Positions 60,503 through 64,000 of a DNA stretch of 64,000 nucleotides are shown one piece after another (within the stretch, counting starts at the first letter, position 1; each line of letters starts with the position of its first letter). The notes under the pieces are model-generated. The model made no database searches. It was not told the DNA's origin and worked only from the letters and a program-made list of their open reading frames with translations. Source of the stretch: Marsupella aquatica. Taxonomy: Eukaryota; Plantae; Marchantiophyta. The stretch lies in assembly GCA_973895155.1 (NCBI GenBank), contig OZ316899.1:11808734-11872733 (forward strand). The letters run 5' to 3'. Position numbers and translations under genes: made by a program.

Positions 60503-61183
60503 TCAAAGCCAAGAAATGTGATCTCTCATGGGAGTGTGCAAAGTAGGATCTATGGCATGGCGATGACAATAGAAGATCCATCGATCAACACCATGTGCAG
60601 AGTGATCATAGATGTGTCTGTCACAAGCATAGCCTTCTGCTTGACGCTCCTTCAAACAATGAAAGTGCCACATGGTGGGACACCTAACACAATGGACTAT
60701 GTCCACCCAGAAATCTTCATCGTGCTGACCACATGCCTTGCACTTATGAAGTGGGCAAGCTGTGGCAAGATCAGGCAAACATGAAAAACAAAAGAACCTC
60801 ACACAATATCTGTCAGGGCATTTCCTAACAAGTGGTGGAGCATCAACAGAGCCCTCATAAGACCCCAACTTCCCACACTGTGCACACTTAGCCTGCTTCT
60901 CCAAACAATCAGTGCACATCCAGCCTCCCTGGTGTGCTGACGGGAGGCCCACCCCTGGACAGTTGTTTTCTGCAGCAAGGTCAGACTCCGGGTTGAGGTG
61001 GAAATGCCTCATGCAAGGGCCCTCACATATGGCTAAGCCACCACCATCGTCACAAATGGCACAACAATGAGCTGCCTTCTGGAAAATCTGACTTGCGGAG
61101 AAGTTACTACCATCTGGCCCAACTACACCTGTGTTGCTCACCTCTGTCCCCCGCTTCTTGGCTCGGATTTTAGGGCGTGCCAT
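60503..61183 (-). CDS. Stand-alone EDM2-type composite PHD-finger protein, intact (CACTA-B cargo)
   Basis: CAICDDGGGLAICEGPCMRHFH...CPLHKCKAC...CVRCPTMWHFHCL...FYCHRHAIDPTLHTPMRDHI; basic N-terminus RPKIRAKKR. Confidence 0.87.
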   Translation of the reverse strand: MARPKIRAKKRGTEVSNTGVVGPDGSNFSASQIFQKAAHCCAICDDGGGLAICEGPCMRHFHLNPESDLAAENNCPGVGLPSAHQGGWMCTDCLEKQAKCAQCGKLGSYEGSVDAPPLVRKCPDRYCVRFFCFSCLPDLATACPLHKCKACGQHDEDFWVDIVHCVRCPTMWHFHCLKERQAEGYACDRHIYDHSAHGVDRWIFYCHRHAIDPTLHTPMRDHISWL

Positions 61184-61852
61184 GCCTACGCATGAGACAG
61201 ATAGTACAATTTAGCAGAGTGCACAAACAATACAATTTAGTGCAGTGTACAAAAAGTACAGTGTAGCATATAGACTAGAGTGGCAATTGCTACTGCAATG
61301 AAATGTTCACACACATGTGCAGAGTAGACATACTTTTTGGTTTGTTGAGCCCACACTAAAAACTGATCCCCTCGTACAATAGCTCCACCTACACCTCAAT
61401 TTTGTGGCTATGATTCACCAAAGGAGATCTGCAACAAGATTTAATGCATTTGAATCACATATAACAGTCATGACATGTAAAACAGGCATTTTTTGAACAG
61501 GATTGGTATCAAGCAGTGTGATCAGGGTTGTAATTTATACATCCTAAATAGGCTATGATAGTGAATGAGACAAATAAGTTAGGCATAAATCACTTTTTCC
61601 AGGTTATCACATGGCCCATTAATTCCAGTCTTTGAAAGGAGACTTTCAAGTGAGCTTGCTAGCCTCTTAAATTAGGATATTGTACTTAGTGCAGCCATAA
61701 TAGGATAAGTTATGTACTGTTGACCCTAAACCCTGGACCCAAAATTGGTCATAATTCAAAATCTTAAGTAAATATCCTCTCTGTTCAAGTCAAAGTGTTA
61801 AGTTATAGGTCAATGGTCTATGGTTTGTGCATGCGGTGTGACAAGTGGTCCT

Positions 61853-62302
61853 CTAGAGCGTGTGATCCAAACATGTGTAGACACCAAAGTGACCGGTGGT
61901 GGGGTCTGGGAGGGCAGGACAAGTGACATCGCCAGGCACACTGCAGGATGGCGAGTGGTTCCAGATGATACATTGTGCTATGTGAAAAAACCGACATCCA
62001 AGAGAACGGTCATCCAACTCTAGGCCAGAAGCCCTACAGGCAGGACAGTCATATTGGCAACTGTGCACACACCCTTGGGCCCTAATTTGTGGCGGGTCAT
62101 GTACGAGAGACAGAAATACCAAGGATGTTGGGAAGGGTGGAGAAGCAGGTACAGGCCGGCTGTAGTTGTTCCTGGCAACAACTGGGTACTCAAAGTACCA
62201 TGCAGACTGGGCTGGAAGGATCCCAAGTCTGACATACTCAAGGTGCAACATCTCTGCCTTGCGTGCAAGCCGCACATGTTCAGCGTTGCGGGTCCTCACC
62301 AT
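61853..62302 (-). CDS. Hypothetical Cys/His-rich protein, possible further zinc-finger cargo
   Basis: 149-aa ATG ORF on the cargo strand with CVHSCQYDCPAC...CRFFH..QC...C......C...CLDH; no family recognised. Confidence 0.35.
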   Translation of the reverse strand: MVRTRNAEHVRLARKAEMLHLEYVRLGILPAQSAWYFEYPVVARNNYSRPVPASPPFPTSLVFLSLVHDPPQIRAQGCVHSCQYDCPACRASGLELDDRSLGCRFFHIAQCIIWNHSPSCSVPGDVTCPALPDPTTGHFGVYTCLDHTL

Positions 62303-64000
62303 AAGTGTTGCTTTTGTGGAGATGTCGTGTGTTCACGTCCTCTGATAAGCACCTTCGATCAGCAAGGTGAGCAGGAGCTGTACTTGCCTCACCAACAGCA
62401 ACCAACCTTAAATTATCAGTTCCCACTCACTGTGTCATTCCATTGGTTCCAGCTAGGGGTCACAGTGTAAACATAGCATGAAACACTCCTAATCAACTTG
62501 CTTACAAACTACAATATCCAGAAAGAGTGAAAGTCTCACCCTCCAGTGAGCAGCAGAGAGGTAGTTCACTAGATGTGTTGATGTGCAGTTAAACCTCCAC
62601 TATTGCTTACTTCTGGTGTATGCTGCTCAGAAGAAGACATATTAGTAGCAGCAAATTGCAAATAATGGCCATAAGCAAACCGTGAGAGTTTGCAGAATGC
62701 TACGACAAATCCATCACAACAGTGCTCCACAGGAATGAAACCAAGCAAAATTTGGTGACCTCGGCCAATGACAAGGCCAATGTAGTGAACAATCCTTGAC
62801 CGATCAGGATATGGATTGGAATTACAATTAGTCAGCTCTTCTTCTTTGTTTTGTAACTCTGGGGGAAATGAGCATGACCAGGGAATTCTCTGAGAAATAG
62901 AAGTGCACAGGGAAAATGAAATTGGCTCATTCAGCTGCGCAAGACCGACCATTGCAGCATACTTGGACAGTTGTTCCGCAATACATAAAATACCCTAACT
63001 TACATGCAATCGATACAATCTGCTTCTGTTGGCTGTCCTACAGCTCACGGCAGTGCCGTTGGGATAGGGTAAGTGAATATTGCCATAGCTGAAGCACATT
63101 GAGCTTGCAGCAAGAAGTGAAGGAGCATGGCCAAAAGCAGAAAAGACAGACAGGTTTTACAAGAAGAAACTAACAACCGCCAATCTGCTCAAATCCGTTG
63201 CATAGATCAAACCCTCCAAACTACACATCCCTCCTTTGAAAACAATCCAATGTGCTTTGGCTGGTGGATGACAAGGACTGGGAGAAGAGGAAACGTCTAC
63301 ACAATCAATCCAAATGATGGGACACAGAGACCAGGCACAAAGAGGATTTGTGCTTAGACAAAAACCACAAATTGTAGCATGGGCGCCATAGCATTCCAGA
63401 CAAAGCACAAAATCACAGCATTGGGCGGCAATGGGAAGAATTACATCAAATGAGTGGACAGAGAATGAACAGTCCGGTTATAGGCAAACGGCGACTGATG
63501 CCCTCATGCAATGTAACACGCATTGACATAGCGGAGGGACATAAAAACTACATAAGCCAACTGACCTTTTAAGGCCCACAATTTCAAGGGGAGGGACAAA
63601 GAGAGCAGTAACAGATGCAGAGACAAAGCTGTACTCTGTGCATTGTGCATTGAGTAGGCAAGTGGGTGGGTGAAGATCAACAACCAATGTAGCAGCAAAG
63701 CCAGAGTAGCAACAAAGAAGAGCAATTGTTGGAGAGCTGTACTCGCGATTACTCCCTATGCAATCGGCTGGAGAATTAGGCAGGCAGGCGTGGTGTGGTG
63801 AGAGCCTTAGACAAAATGTATGGATTAGAATCTGAATCTGAATGCGACTCATCTACGCTTTCCATTGCTGGTCATAGCACGACGAGCAATCAGGATGATG
63901 CCATGTCAAGTAGAAGAATGAGAAAGCATTCCGTAAAAGGCACTAAGATTGGAGGTATAGTAAAAGTGGTAGTACTTCTAGTAGCGCGACCAACTTGCTA

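Larger units (their letters stand above)
50094..64000 (-). mobile_element. CACTA-B: inverted relative of CACTA-A nested in its TnpA-like gene; other end outside the window
   Basis: TIR CACTAGTAGAAA at 50094 preceded by GAT (predicted TSD), AGTC/GACT-rich subterminal region, minus-strand gene set syntenic with CACTA-A. Confidence 0.88.

Noticed and set aside
63960-64000. TTCTAGTAG near the window end as the CACTA-B terminus
   Set aside because: Does not match the expected TTTCTACTAGTG followed by GAT.

Overview
Eukaryotic, plant-type nuclear DNA made almost entirely of nested transposable elements. I recognise no ordinary host gene. An intron-free cox2/nad1 mitochondrial insert suggests a liverwort-like host (inference). 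From left to right: (1) a degenerate minus-strand LINE (EN-RT-zf-RVT) split by a 2.4 kb probable solo LTR; (2) a small MITE and a decayed retroelement-type accessory ORF; (3) a large CACTA/EnSpm element, CACTA-A, starting at 12226. CACTA-A has been invaded by a 2 kb non-autonomous CACTA, a chimeric cox2+nad1 NUMT, a very young intact 12.5 kb Ty3/Gypsy element, a 9.8 kb CACTA (CACTA-C) and an inverted relative (CACTA-B, 50094 to beyond the window). The main signal is the CACTA cargo. CACTA-A and CACTA-B carry a syntenic cassette upstream of their transposase and TnpA-like genes: an EDM2-type composite PHD protein, then a tandem-BRCT protein, plus an F-box-like ORF in B. CACTA-C has a SET-domain exon inside the first intron of its transposase, and one shared Cys/His exon can splice in frame to either the SET exon or the transposase body. 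Together these suggest a transposon-encoded chromatin reader/writer/repair-adaptor toolkit (hypothesis). All domain calls are by eye from remembered family motifs; no searches were run.
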